DNA from: Eledone cirrhosa
Taxonomy: Eukaryota
Length of the DNA stretch: 64,000 nt
Reading direction: 5' to 3'
Assembly: GCA_964016885.1 (NCBI GenBank)
Contig: OZ024741.1
Span: 245,520,001-245,584,000 of the forward strand
Under the pieces are notes generated by a model. The model was not told where the DNA came from, made no database searches, and saw only the letters and a program-made list of their open reading frames with translations. Of this stretch, positions 42,401-55,330 are shown piece by piece. Each line of letters opens with the position of its first letter. The stretch's first letter is position 1. The position numbers were made by a program, and so were the translations under genes.

Positions 42401-45400
42401 TAATGGATTTTTTTTAATGGATTTTTTTAATGGATTTTTTAATGGATTTTTTAATGGATTTTTTTTAATGGATTTTTTTAATGGATTTTTTAAATGGATT
42501 TTTTTAATGGATTTTTTTAATGGTTTTTTTTTAATGGATTTTTTTTTAATGGATTTTTTAAATGGATTTTTTTAATGGATTTTTTTTAATGGGTTTTTTA
42601 AATGGATTTTTTAATGGATTTTTAATGGATTTTTAATGGATTTTTAATGGGTTTTTAATGGATTTTTTTAAATGGATTTTTTTAATGGATTTTTAATGGA
42701 TTTTTTTAAATTGATTTTTTTTAATGGATTTTTTTTTTAATGGATTTTTTTTTAATGGATTTTTTTTTAATGGATTTTTTTAATGGGTTTTTTAAATGGA
42801 TTTTTTAATGGATTTTTAATGGATTTATAATGGGTTTTTTTAAATTGATTTTTTTAATGGGTTTTTTTAATGGCTTTTTTTAAATGGGTTTTTTTAATGG
42901 CTTTTTTAAATGGATTTTTTTAATGGATTTTTTAATGGATTTTTTTTAATGGGTTTTTTAAATGGATTTTTTAATGGATTTTTTTAAATGGATTTTTTTA
43001 ATGGATTTTTAATGGATTTTTTTAAATTGATTTTTTTTAATGGATTTTTTTTAATGGATTTTTTTTTTAATGGATTTTTTTAATGGGTTTTTTTAATGGC
43101 TTTTTTAAATGGATTTTTTTAATGGTTTTTTTTTAATGGGTTTTTTAAATGGATTTTTTAATGGATTTTTAATTGATTTTTAATGGATTTTTAATGGGTT
43201 TTTAATGGATTTTTGAAATGGATTTTTTAATGGATTTTTTTTAATGGGTTTTTTAAATGGATTTTTTTAATGGATTTTTAATGGATTTTTAATGGATTTT
43301 TAATGGGTTTTTAATGGATTTTTTAAATGGATTTTTTTAATGGATTTTTAATGGATTTTTTTAATGGATTTGTTTTAATGGTTTCTTTTAATGGATTTTT
43401 TTTTAATGGATTTTTTTTAATGGGTTTTTTTTTAATGGATTTTTTTTAATGGATTTTTTTAATGGATTTTTTTAATGGATTTTTAATGGATTTTTTTTAA
43501 TGGATTTTTTTAATGGATTTTTTAATGGATTTTTTTATGGATTTTTTTTAATGGATTTTTTTTAATGGATTTTTTAAATGGATTTTTTTAATGGGTTTTT
43601 TTAATGGATTTCTTTTTAATGGATTTTTTAAATGGATTTTTTTAATGGATTTTTTTAATGGGTTTTTTAAATGGATTTTTTAATGTATTTTTAATGGATT
43701 TTTAATGGATTTTTAATGGGTTTTTAATGGATTTTTTTTAATGGATTTTTTTAATGGATTTTTAATGGATTTTTTTAATGGATTTTTTTTAATGGGTTTT
43801 TTTTAATGGATTTTTTTTTAATGGATTTTTTTAATGGGTTTTTTAAATGGATTTTTTACTGGATTTTTAATGGATTTTTAATGGGTTTTTAATGGATTTT
43901 TTTTAAATTGATTTTTTTAATGGGTTTTTTTTAATGGGTTTATTTAATGGCTTTTTTAAATGGATTTTTTAAATGGATTTTTTTAATGGATTTTTTTTAA
44001 TGGGTTTTTTAAATGGATTTTTTAATGGATTTTTTTAAATTGATTTTTTTTAATGGATTTTTTTTAATGGATTTTTTTTTTAATGGATTTTTTTAATGGG
44101 TTTTTTTAATGGCTTTTTTAAATGGATTTTTTTAATGGATTTTTTTAATGGATTTTTTTTAATGGGTTTTTTAAATGGATTTTTTAATGGATTTTTAATA
44201 GATTTTTAATGGATTTTTAATGGGTTTTTAATGGATTTTTTTAAATAGATTTTTTTAATGGATTTTTAATGGATTTTTTTAATGGATTTTTTTAATGGGT
44301 TTTTTTAATGGATTTTTTTTAATGGATTTTTTTTAATGGGTTTTTTTTTAATGGATTTTTTTTAATGGATTTTTTAAATGGATTTTTTTAATGGATTTTT
44401 TTTAATGGGTTTTTTTAAATGGATTTTTTTTAATGGATTTTTTAAATGAATTTTTTTAATGGATTTTTTTAATGGGTTTTTTAAATGGATTTTTTAATGG
44501 ATTTTTAATGGATTTTTAATGGATTTTTAATGGATTTTTTAATGGATTTTTTTAAATGGATTTTTTTAATGGATTTTTAATGCATTTTTTTTAATGGATT
44601 TTTTTAATGGATTTTTTTTTAATGGATTTTTTTTTAATGGATTTTTTTTTAATGAATTTTTTTTAATGGGTTTTTTAAATGGATTTTTTAATGGATTTTT
44701 AATGGATTTTTAATGGGTTTTTAATGGATTTTTTAATGGATTTTTTTAAATGGATTTTTTTAATGGATTTTTAATGGATTTTTTTTAATGGATTTTTTTA
44801 ATGGATTTTTTAATGGATTTTTTAATGGATTTTTTTAAATGGATTTTTTTAATGGATTTTTTAAATGGATTTTTTTAATGGATTTTTTTAATGGTTTTTT
44901 TTTAATGGATTTTTTTTTAATGGATTTTTTAAATGGATTTTTGTAATGGATTTTTTTTAATGGGTTTTTTAAATGGATTTTTTAATGGATTTTTAATGGA
45001 TTTTTAATGGATTTTTAATGGATTTTTAATGGATTTTTAATGGGTTTTTAATGGATTTTTTTAAATGGATTTTTTTAATGGATTTTTAATGGATTTTTTT
45101 TTAATGGATTTTTTTAATGGGTTTTTTTTAATGGATTTTTTTTAATGGATTTTTTAAATGGATTTTTTTAATGGATTTTTTTTAATGGATTTTTTTTAAT
45201 GGATTTTTTAAATGAATTTTTTTAATGGATTTTTTTAATGGGTTTTTTAAATGGATTTTTTAATGGATTTTTAATGGATTTTTAATGGATTTTTAATGGA
45301 TTTTTTAATGGATTTTTTTAAATGGATTTTTTTAATGGATTTTTAATGCATTTTTTTTAATGGATTTTTTTAATGGATTTTTTTTTTAATGGATTTTTTT

Positions 45401-46271
45401 TTAATGGATTTTTTTTTAATGAATTTTTTTTAATGGGTTTTTTAAATGGATTTTTTAATGGATTTTTAATGGATTTTTAATGGGTTTTTAATGGATTTTT
45501 TAATGGATTTTTTTAAATGGATTTTTTTAATGGATTTTTAATGGATTTTTTTTAATGGATTTTTTTAATGGATTTTTTAATGGATTTTTTAATGGATTTT
45601 TTTTAATGGATTTTTTTAATGGATTTTTTAAATGGATTTTTTTAATGGATTTTTTTAATGGTTTTTTTTTAATGGATTTTTTTTTAATGGATTTTTTAAA
45701 TGGATTTTTTTAATGGATTTTTTTTAATGGGTTTTTTAAATGGATTTTTTAATGGATTTTTAATGGATTTTTAATGGATTTTTAATGGGTTTTTAATGGA
45801 TTTTTTTAAATGGATTTTTTTAATGGATTTTTAATGGATTTTTTTAAATTGATTTTTTTTAATGGATTTTTTTTTTAATGGATTTTCTTTTAATGGATTT
45901 TTTTTAATGGATTTTTTTAATGGGTTTTTTAAATGGATTTTTTAATGGATTTTTAATGGATTTATAATGGGTTTTTTTAAATTGATTTTTTTAATGGGTT
46001 TTTTTAATGGCTTTTTTTAAATGGGTTTTTTTAATGGCTTTTTTAAATGGATTTTTTTAATGGATTTTTTAATGGATTTTTTTTAATGGGTTTTTTAAAT
46101 GGATTTTTTAATGGATTTTTTTAAATGGATTTTTTTAATGGATTTTTAATGGATTTTTTTAAATTGATTTTTTTTAATGGATTTTTTTTAATGGATTTTT
46201 TTTTTAATGGATTTTTTTAATGGGTTTTTTTAATGGCTTTTTTAAATGGATTTTTTTAATGGTTTTTTTTT
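27487..46271 (+). repeat. 18.8-kb higher-order tandem duplication, copy 2
   Basis: Collinear with 8685-27486. It lacks one AATGGC-T8 monomer near 43933 (compare 25133), after which the offset is ~18785-18786. The match ends near 46309, where AATTGA replaces AATGGA. Confidence 0.95.
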
Positions 46272-49229
46272 AATGGGTTTTTTAAATGGATTTTTTAATG
46301 GATTTTTAATTGATTTTTAATGGATTTTTAATGGATTTTTAATGGGTTTTTAATGGATTTTTTTAAATGGATTTTTTTAATGGATTTTTAATGGATTTTT
46401 TTAATGGATTTTTTTAATGGGTTTTTTTAATGGATTTTTTTTTAATGGATTTTTTTTAATGGGTTTTTTTTAATGGATTTTTTTTAATGGATTTTTTAAA
46501 TGGATTTTTTTAATGGATTTTTTTTAATGGGTTTTTTTAAATGGATTTTTTTTAATGGATTTTTTAAATGAATTTTTTTAATGGATTTTTTTAATGGGTT
46601 TTTTAAATGGATTTTTTAATGGATTTTTAATGGATTTTTAATGGATTTTTAATGGATTTTTTAATGGATTTTTTTAAATGGATTTTTTTAATGGATTTTT
46701 AATGCATTTTTTTTAATGGATTTTTTTAATGGATTTTTTTTTAATGAATTTTTTTTAATGGGTTTTTTAAATGGATTTTTTAATGGATTTTTAATGGATT
46801 TTTAATGGGTTTTTAATGGATTTTTTAATGGATTTTTTAAAATGGATTTTTTTAATGGATTTTTAATGGATTTTTTTTAATGGATTTTTTTAATGGATTT
46901 TTTAATGGATTTTTTAATGGATTTTTTTTAATGGATTTTTTTAATGGATTTTTTAAATGGATTTTTTTAATGGATTTTTTTAATGGTTTTTTTTTAATGG
47001 ATTTTTTTTTAATGGATTTTTTAAATGGATTTTTTTAATGGATTTTTTTTAATGGGTTTTTTAAATGGATTTTTTAATGGATTTTTAATGGATTTTTAAT
47101 GGATTTTTAATGGGTTTTTAATGGATTTTTTTAAATGGATTTTTTTAATGGATTTTTAATGGATTTTTTTAAATTGATTTTTTTTAATGGATTTTTTTTT
47201 TAATGGATTTTTTTTTAATGGATTTTTTTTTAATGGATTTTTTTAATGGGTTTTTTAAATGGATTTTTTAATGGATTTTTAATGGATTTATAATGGGTTT
47301 TTTTAAATTGATTTTTTTAATGGGTTTTTTTAATGGCTTTTTTTAAATGGGTTTTTTTAATGGCTTTTTTAAATGGATTTTTTTAATGGATTTTTTAATG
47401 GATTTTTTTTAATGGGTTTTTTAAATGGATTTTTTAATGGATTTTTTTAAATGGATTTTTTTAATGGATTTTTAATGGATTTTTTTAAATTGATTTTTTT
47501 TAATGGATTTTTTTTAATGGATTTTTTTTTTAATGGATTTTTTTAATGGGTTTTTTTAATGGCTTTTTTAAATGGATTTTTTTAATGGTTTTTTAATTGA
47601 TTTTTAATGGATTTTTAATGGGTTTTTAATGGATTTTTGAAATGGATTTTTTAATGGATTTTTTTTAATGGGTTTTTTAAATGGATTTTTTTAATGGATT
47701 TTTAATGGATTTTTAATGGATTTTTAATGGGTTTTTAATGGATTTTTTAAATGGATTTTTTTAATGGATTTTTAATGGATTTTTTTAATGGATTTTTTTT
47801 AATGGTTTCTTTTAATGGATTTTTTTTTAATGGATTTTTTTTAATGGGTTTTTTTTTAATGGATTTTTTTTAATGGATTTTTTTAATGGATTTTTTTAAT
47901 GGATTTTTAATGGATTTTTTTTAATGGATTTTTTTAATGGATTTTTTAATGGATTTTTTTATGGATTTTTTTTAATGGATTTTTTTTAATGGATTTTTTA
48001 AATGGATTTTTTTAATGGATTTTTTTAATGGGTTTTTTTAATGGATTTCTTTTTAATGGATTTTTTAAATGGATTTTTTTAATGGATTTTTTTAATGGGT
48101 TTTTTAAATGGATTTTTTAATGTATTTTTAATGGATTTTTAATGGATTTTTAATGGGTTTTTAATGGATTTTTTTTAATGGATTTTTTTAATGGATTTTT
48201 AATGGATTTTTTTAATGGATTTTTTTTAATGGGTTTTTTTTAATGGATTTTTTTTTAATGGATTTTTTTAATGGGTTTTTTAAATGGATTTTTTACTGGA
48301 TTTTTAATGGATTTTTAATGGGTTTTTAATGGATTTTTTTAAATTGATTTTTTTAATGGGTTTTTTTTAATGGGTTTTTTTTAATGGGTTTATTTAATGG
48401 CTTTTTTAAATGGATTTTTTAAATGGATTTTTTTAATGGATTTTTTTTAATGGGTTTTTTAAATGGATCTTTTAATGGATTTTTTTAAATTGATTTTTTT
48501 TAATGGATTTTTTTTAATGGATTTTTTTTTTAATGGATTTTTTTAATGGGTTTTTTTAATGGCTTTTTTAAATGGATTTTTTTAATGGATTTTTTTAATG
48601 GATTTTTTTTAATGGGTTTTTTAAATGGATTTTTTAATGGATTTTTAATAGATTTTTAATGGATTTTTAATGGGTTTTTAATGGATTTTTTAAATGGATT
48701 TTTTTAATGGATTTTTTTAATGGATTTTTTTAATGGATTTTTTTTAATGGGTTTTTTAAATGGATTTTTTAATGGATTTTTAATAGATTTTTAATGGATT
48801 TTTAATGGATTTTTAATGGATTTTTAATGGATTTTTAATGGTTTTTAATGGATTTTTTAAATGGATTTTTTTAATGGATTTTTTATGGATTTTTTAAATT
48901 GATTTTTTTTAATGGATTTTTTTTAATGGATTTTTTTTAATGGATTTTTTTTTTAATGGATTTTTTTTTAATGGGTTTTTTTAATGGCTTTTTTAAATGG
49001 ATTTTTTTAATGGATTTCTTTAATGGATTTTTTTAATGGATTTTTTTTAATGGGTTTTTTTAATGGCTTTTTTAAATGGATTTTTTTAATGGATTTTTTT
49101 TAATGGGTTTTTTTTTAATGGATTTTTTTTAATGGATTTTTTAAATGGATTTTTTTAATGAATTTTTTTTAATGGGTTTTTTTAAATGGATTTTTTTTAA
49201 TGGATTTTTTAAATGAATTTTTTTAATGG

Positions 49230-52200
49230 ATTTTTTTAATGGGTTTTTTAAATGGATTTTTTAATGGATTTTTAATGGATTTTTAATGGGTTTTTAATGG
49301 ATTTTTTAATGGATTTTTTTAAATGGATTTTTTTAATGGATTTTTAATGGATTTTTTTTAATGGATTTTTTTAATGGATTTTTTAATGGATTTTTTAATG
49401 GATTTTTTTTAATGGATTTTTTTAATGGATTTTTTAAATGGATTTTTTAATGGATTTTTTTAATGGTTTTTTTTTAATGGATTTCTTTTTAATGGATTTT
49501 TTTAATGGATTTTTTTAATGGATTTTTTTTAATGGGTTTTTTAAATGGATTTTTTAATGGATTTTTAATGGATTTTTAATGGATTTTTAATGGGTTTTTA
49601 ATGGATTTTTTTAAATGGATTTTTTTAATGGATTTTTAATGGATTTTTTTAAATTGATTTTTTTTAATGGATTTTTTTTTTAATGGATTTTTTTTAAATG
49701 GATTTTTTTTTAATGGATTTTTTTAATGGGTTTTTTAAATGGATTTTTTAATGGATTTTTAATGGATTTTTAATGGGTTTTTTTAAATTGATTTTTTTAA
49801 TGGGTTTTTTTAATGGCTTTTTTTAATGGGTTTTTTTAATGGCTTTTTTAAATGGATTTTTTTAATGGATTTTTTAATGGATTTTTTTTAATGGGTTTTT
49901 TAAATGGATTTTTTAATGGATTTTTTTAAATGGATTTTTTAAATGGATTTTTAATTGATTTTTTTAAATTGATTTTTTTAATGGATTTTTTTTAATGGAT
50001 TTTTTTTTTAATGGATTTTTTTAATGGGTTTTTTTAATGGCTTTTTTAAATGGATTTTTTTAATGGTTTTTTTTTAATGGGTTTTTTAAATGGATTTTTT
50101 AATGGATTTTTAATTGATTTTTAATGGATTTTTAATGGGTTTTTAATGGATTTTTGAAATGGATTTTTTAATGGATTTTTTTTAATGGGTTTTTTAAATG
50201 GATTTTTTTAATGGATTTTTAATGGATTTTTAATGGATTTTTAATGGGTTTTTAATGGATTTTTTAAATGGATTTTTTAATGGATTTTTAATGGATTTTT
50301 TTAATTGATTTTTTTTAATGGGTTTTTTTAAATGGATTTTTTTTAATGGATTTTTTAAATGGATTTTTTAATGGCTTTTTTTAATGGGTTTTTTAAATGG
50401 ATTTTTTAATGGATTTTTAATGGATTTTTAATGCATTTTTAATGGATTTTTAATGGATTTTTTAATGACTTTTTTTAAATGGATTTTTAATGGATTTTTT
50501 CTATGGATTTTTTTTAATGGATTTTTTTTAATGGATTTTTTTTTTTAATGGATTTTTTTTTAATGGGTTTTTTTAATGGCTTTTTTAAATGGATTTTATT
50601 AATGGATTTTTTTAATGGATTTTTTTAATGGATTTTTTTAATGGTTTTTTTAAATGGATTTTTTAATGGATTTTTAATGGATTTTTAATGGATTTTTAAT
50701 GGGTTTTTAATGGATTTTTTAAATGGATTTTTTTAATGGATTTTTAATGGATTTTTTTAATGGATTTTTTTTAATGGTTTCTTTTAATGGATTTTTTTTT
50801 AATGGATTTTTTTTAATGGGTTTGTTTTTTAATGGATTTTTTTTAATGGATTTTTTTAATGGATTTTTTAATGGATTTTTAATGGAATTTTTTTAATGGA
50901 TTTTTTTTAATGGATTTTTTAAATGGATTTTTTTAATTGATTTTTTTAATGGTTTTTTTTTAATGGTTTTTTTTTAATGGATTTTTAAATGGATTTTTTT
51001 AATGGATTTTTTTAATGGGTTTTTTAAATGGATTTTTTAATGGATTTTTAATGGATTTTTAATGGATTTTTAATGGGTTTTTAATGGATTTTTTTAAATG
51101 GATTTTTTTAATGGATTTTTAATGGATTTTTTTAAATTGATTTTTTTAATGGATTTTTTTTTTAATGGATTTTTTTTAATGGATTTTTGTTTTAATGGAT
51201 TTTTTTTAATGGGTTTTTTAAATGGATTTTTTAATGGATTTTTAATGGATTTTTAATGGGTTTTTAATGGATTTTTTTAAATGGATTTTTTTAATGGATT
51301 TTTAATGGATTTTTTTAAATTGATTTTTTTAATGGGTTTTTTTAATGGCTTTTTTTTAATGGGTTTTTTTAATGGCTTTTTTAAATGGATTTTTTAAATG
51401 GATTTTTTTAATGGATTTTTTTTAATGGGTTTTTTAAATGGATTTTTTAATGGATTTTTTTAAATGTTTTTTTTAATGGATTTTTAATGGATTTTTTTAA
51501 ATTGATTTTTTTTAATGGATTTTTTTTAATGGATTTTTTTTAATGGATTTTTTTAATGGGTTTTTTTAATGGCTTTTTTAAATGGATTTTTTTAATGGAT
51601 TTTTTTATTGGATTTTTTTAATGGGTTTTTTAATGGATTTTTAATGGATTTTTTTAAATTGATTTTTTTTAATGGATTTTTTTTTTAATGGATTTTTTTT
51701 TAATGGATTTTTTTTTAATGGATTTTTTTAATGGGTTTTTTAAATGGATTTTTTACTGGATTTTTAATGGATTTTTAATGGGTTTTTAATGGATTTTTTT
51801 TAAATTGATTTTTTTAATGGGTTTTTTTTAATGGCTTTTTTTTAATGGGTTTTTTAAATGGATTTTTTTAATGGATTTTTTTTAATGGGTTTTTTAAATG
51901 GATTTTTTAATGGATTTTTAATGGATTTTTAATGGATTTTTAATGGGTTTTTAATGGGTTTTTTAAATGGATTTTTTTAATGGATTTTTTATGGATTTTT
52001 TAAATTGATTTTTTTTAATGGATTTTTTTTAATGGATTTTTTTTAATGGATTTTTTTTTTTAATGGATTTTTTTTTAATGGGTTTTTTTAATGGCTTTTT
52101 TAAATGGATTTTTTAATGGATTTTTTTAATGGGTTTTTTAAATGGATTTTTTAATGGATTTTTAATGGATTTTTAATGGATTTTTAATGGGTTTTTAATG

Positions 52201-55200
52201 GATTTTTTTAATGGATTTTTTTTTTAATGGATTTTTTAAATGGATTTTTTTAATGGATTTTTTTTAATGGGTTTTTTAAATGGATTTTTTAATGGATTTT
52301 TAATGGATTTTTAATGGATTTTTAATGGGTTTTTAATGGATTTTTTTAAATGGATTTTTTTAATGGATTTATAATGGATTTTTTAATGGATTTTTTTTAA
52401 TGGGTTTTTTTTAATGGATTTTTTTTTAATGGATTTTTTTTAATGGGTTTTTTTTTTAATGGATTTTTTTTAATGGATTTTTTAAATGGATTTTTTTAAT
52501 GGATTTTTTTTAATGGGTTTTTTTAAATGGATTTTTTTAAATGGATTTTTTTTAATGGATTTTTTTTAATGGATTTTTTAAATGAATTTTTTTAATGGAT
52601 TTTTTTAATGGGTTTTTTAAATTGATTTTTTACTGGATTTTTAATGGATTTTTAATGGGTTTTTAATGGATTTTTTAATGGATTTTTTAAATGGATTTTT
52701 TTAATGGATTTTTAATGGATTCTTTTTAATGGATTTTTTTACTGGATTTTTTAATGGATTTTTAATGGTTTTTTTTTAATGGATTTTTAAATGGATTTTT
52801 TTAATGGATTTTTTTTAATGGGTTTTTTAAATGGATTTTTTAATGGATTTTTAATGGATTTTTAATGGGTTTTTAATGGATTTTTTAATGGATTTTTTTA
52901 AATGGATTTTTTTAATGGATTTTTAATGGATTTTTTTTAATGGATTTTTTTAATGGATTTTTTAATGGATTTTTTAATGGATTTTTTTTAATGGATTTTT
53001 TTAATGGATTTTTTAAATGGATTTTTTAATGGATTTTTTTAATGGTTTTTTTTTAATGGATTTTTTTTTAATGGATTTTTTTAATGGATTTTTTTAATGG
53101 ATTTTTTTTAATGGGTTTTTTAAATGGATTTTTTAATGGATTTTTAATGGATTTTTAATGGATTTTTAATGGGTTTTTAATGGATTTTTTTAAATGGATT
53201 TTTTTAATGGATTTTTAATGGATTTTTTTAAATTGATTTTTTTTAATGGATTTTTTTTTAATGGATTTTTTTTTAATGGATTTTTTTTTAATGGATTTTT
53301 TTAATGGGTTTTTTAAATGGATTTTTTAATGGATTTTTAATGGATTTTTAATGGGTTTTTTTAAATTGATTTTTTTAATGGGTTTTTTTAATGGCTTTTT
53401 TTAATGGGTTTTTTTAATGGCTTTTTTAAATGGATTTTTTTAATGGATTTTTTAATGGATTTTTTTTAATGGGTTTTTTAAATGGATTTTTTAATGGATT
53501 TTTTTAAATGGATTTTTTTAATGGATTTTTAATTGATTTTTTTAAATTGATTTTTTTTAATGGATTTTTTTTAATGGATTTTTTTTTTAATGGATTTTTT
53601 TAATGGGTTTTTTTAATGGCTTTTTTAAATGGATTTTTTTAATGGTTTTTTTTTAATGGGTTTTTTAAATGGATTTTTTAATGGATTTTTAATTGATTTT
53701 TAATGGATTTTTAATGGGTTTTTAATGGATTTTTGAAATGGATTTTTTAATGGATTTTTTTTAATGGGTTTTTTAAATGGATTTTTTTAATGGATTTTTA
53801 ATGGATTTTTAATGGATTTTTAATGGGTTTTTAATGGATTTTTTAAATGGATTTTTTTAATGGATTTTTAATGGATTTTTTAAATTGATTTTTTTTAATG
53901 GGTTTTTTTAAATGGATTTTTTTTAATGGATTTTTTAAATGGATTTTTTAATGGCTTTTTTTAATGGGTTTTTTAAATGGATTTTTTAATGGATTTTTAA
54001 TGGATTTTTAATGCATTTTTAATGGATTTTTAATGGATTTTTTAATGACTTTTTTTAAATGGATTTTTAATGGATTTTTTCTATGGATTTTTTTTAATGG
54101 ATTTTTTTTAATGGATTTTTTTTTTAATGGATTTTTTTTTAATGGGTTTTTTTAATGGCTTTTTTAAATGGATTTTATTAATGGATTTTTTTAATGGATT
54201 TTTTTAATGGATTTTTTTAATGGTTTTTTTAAATGGATTTTTTAATGGATTTTTAATGGATTTTTAATGGATTTTTAATGGGTTTTTAATGGATTTTTTA
54301 AATGGATTTTTTTAATGGATTTTTAATGGATTTTTTTAATGGATTTTTTTTAATGGTTTCTTTTAATGGATTTTTTTTTAATGGATTTTTTTTAATGGTT
54401 TTTTTTTTTAATGGATTTTTTTTAATGGATTTTTTTAATGGATTTTTTAATGGATTTTTAATGGATTTTTTTTAATGGATTTTTTTTAATGGATTTTTTA
54501 AATGGATTTTTTTAATTGATTTTTTTAATGGTTTTTTTTTAATGGTTTTTTTTTAATGGATTTTTAAATGGATTTTTTTAATGGATTTTTTTAATGGGTT
54601 TTTTAAATGGATTTTTTAATGGATTTTTAATGGATTTTTAATGGATTTTTAATGGGTTTTTAATGGATTTTTTTAAATGGATTTTTTTAATGGATTTTTA
54701 ATGGATTTTTTTAAATTGATTTTTTTAATGGATTTTTTTTTAATGGATTTTTTTTAATGGATTTTTGTTTTAATGGATTTTTTTTAATGGGTTTTTTAAA
54801 TGGATTTTTTAATGGATTTTTAATGGATTTTTAATGGGTTTTTAATGGATTTTTTTAAATGGATTTTTTTAATGGATTTTTAATGGATTTTTTTAAATTG
54901 ATTTTTTTAATGGGTTTTTTTAATGGCTTTTTTTTAATGGGTTTTTTTAATGGCTTTTTTAAATGGATTTTTTAAATGGATTTTTTTAATGGATTTTTTT
55001 TAATGGGTTTTTTAAATGGATTTTTTAATGGATTTTTTTAAATGTTTTTTTTAATGGATTTTTAATGGATTTTTTTAAATTGATTTTTTTTAATGGATTT
55101 TTTTTAATGGATTTTTTTTAATGGATTTTTTTAATGGGTTTTTTTAATGGCTTTTTTAAATGGATTTTTTTAATGGATTTTTTTATTGGATTTTTTTAAT

Positions 55201-55330
55201 GGGTTTTTTAATGGATTTTTAATGGATTTTTTTAAATTGATTTTTTTTAATGGATTTTTTTTTTAATGGATTTTTTTTTAATGGATTTTTTTTTAATGGA
55301 TTTTTTTTAATGGGTTTTTTAAATGGATTT
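49230..55330 (+). repeat. Direct repeat of ~2.5 kb at offset ~3579 (~49230-51750 / ~52810-55330), separated by ~1.06 kb of other satellite
   Basis: CTATGG 50501/54081, A of GATTTTATT 50598/54177, G of GATTTTTGTTT 51189/54767, AAATGT 51462/55040, ATTGGA 51607/55185 (+3578 to +3580). Confidence 0.88.
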
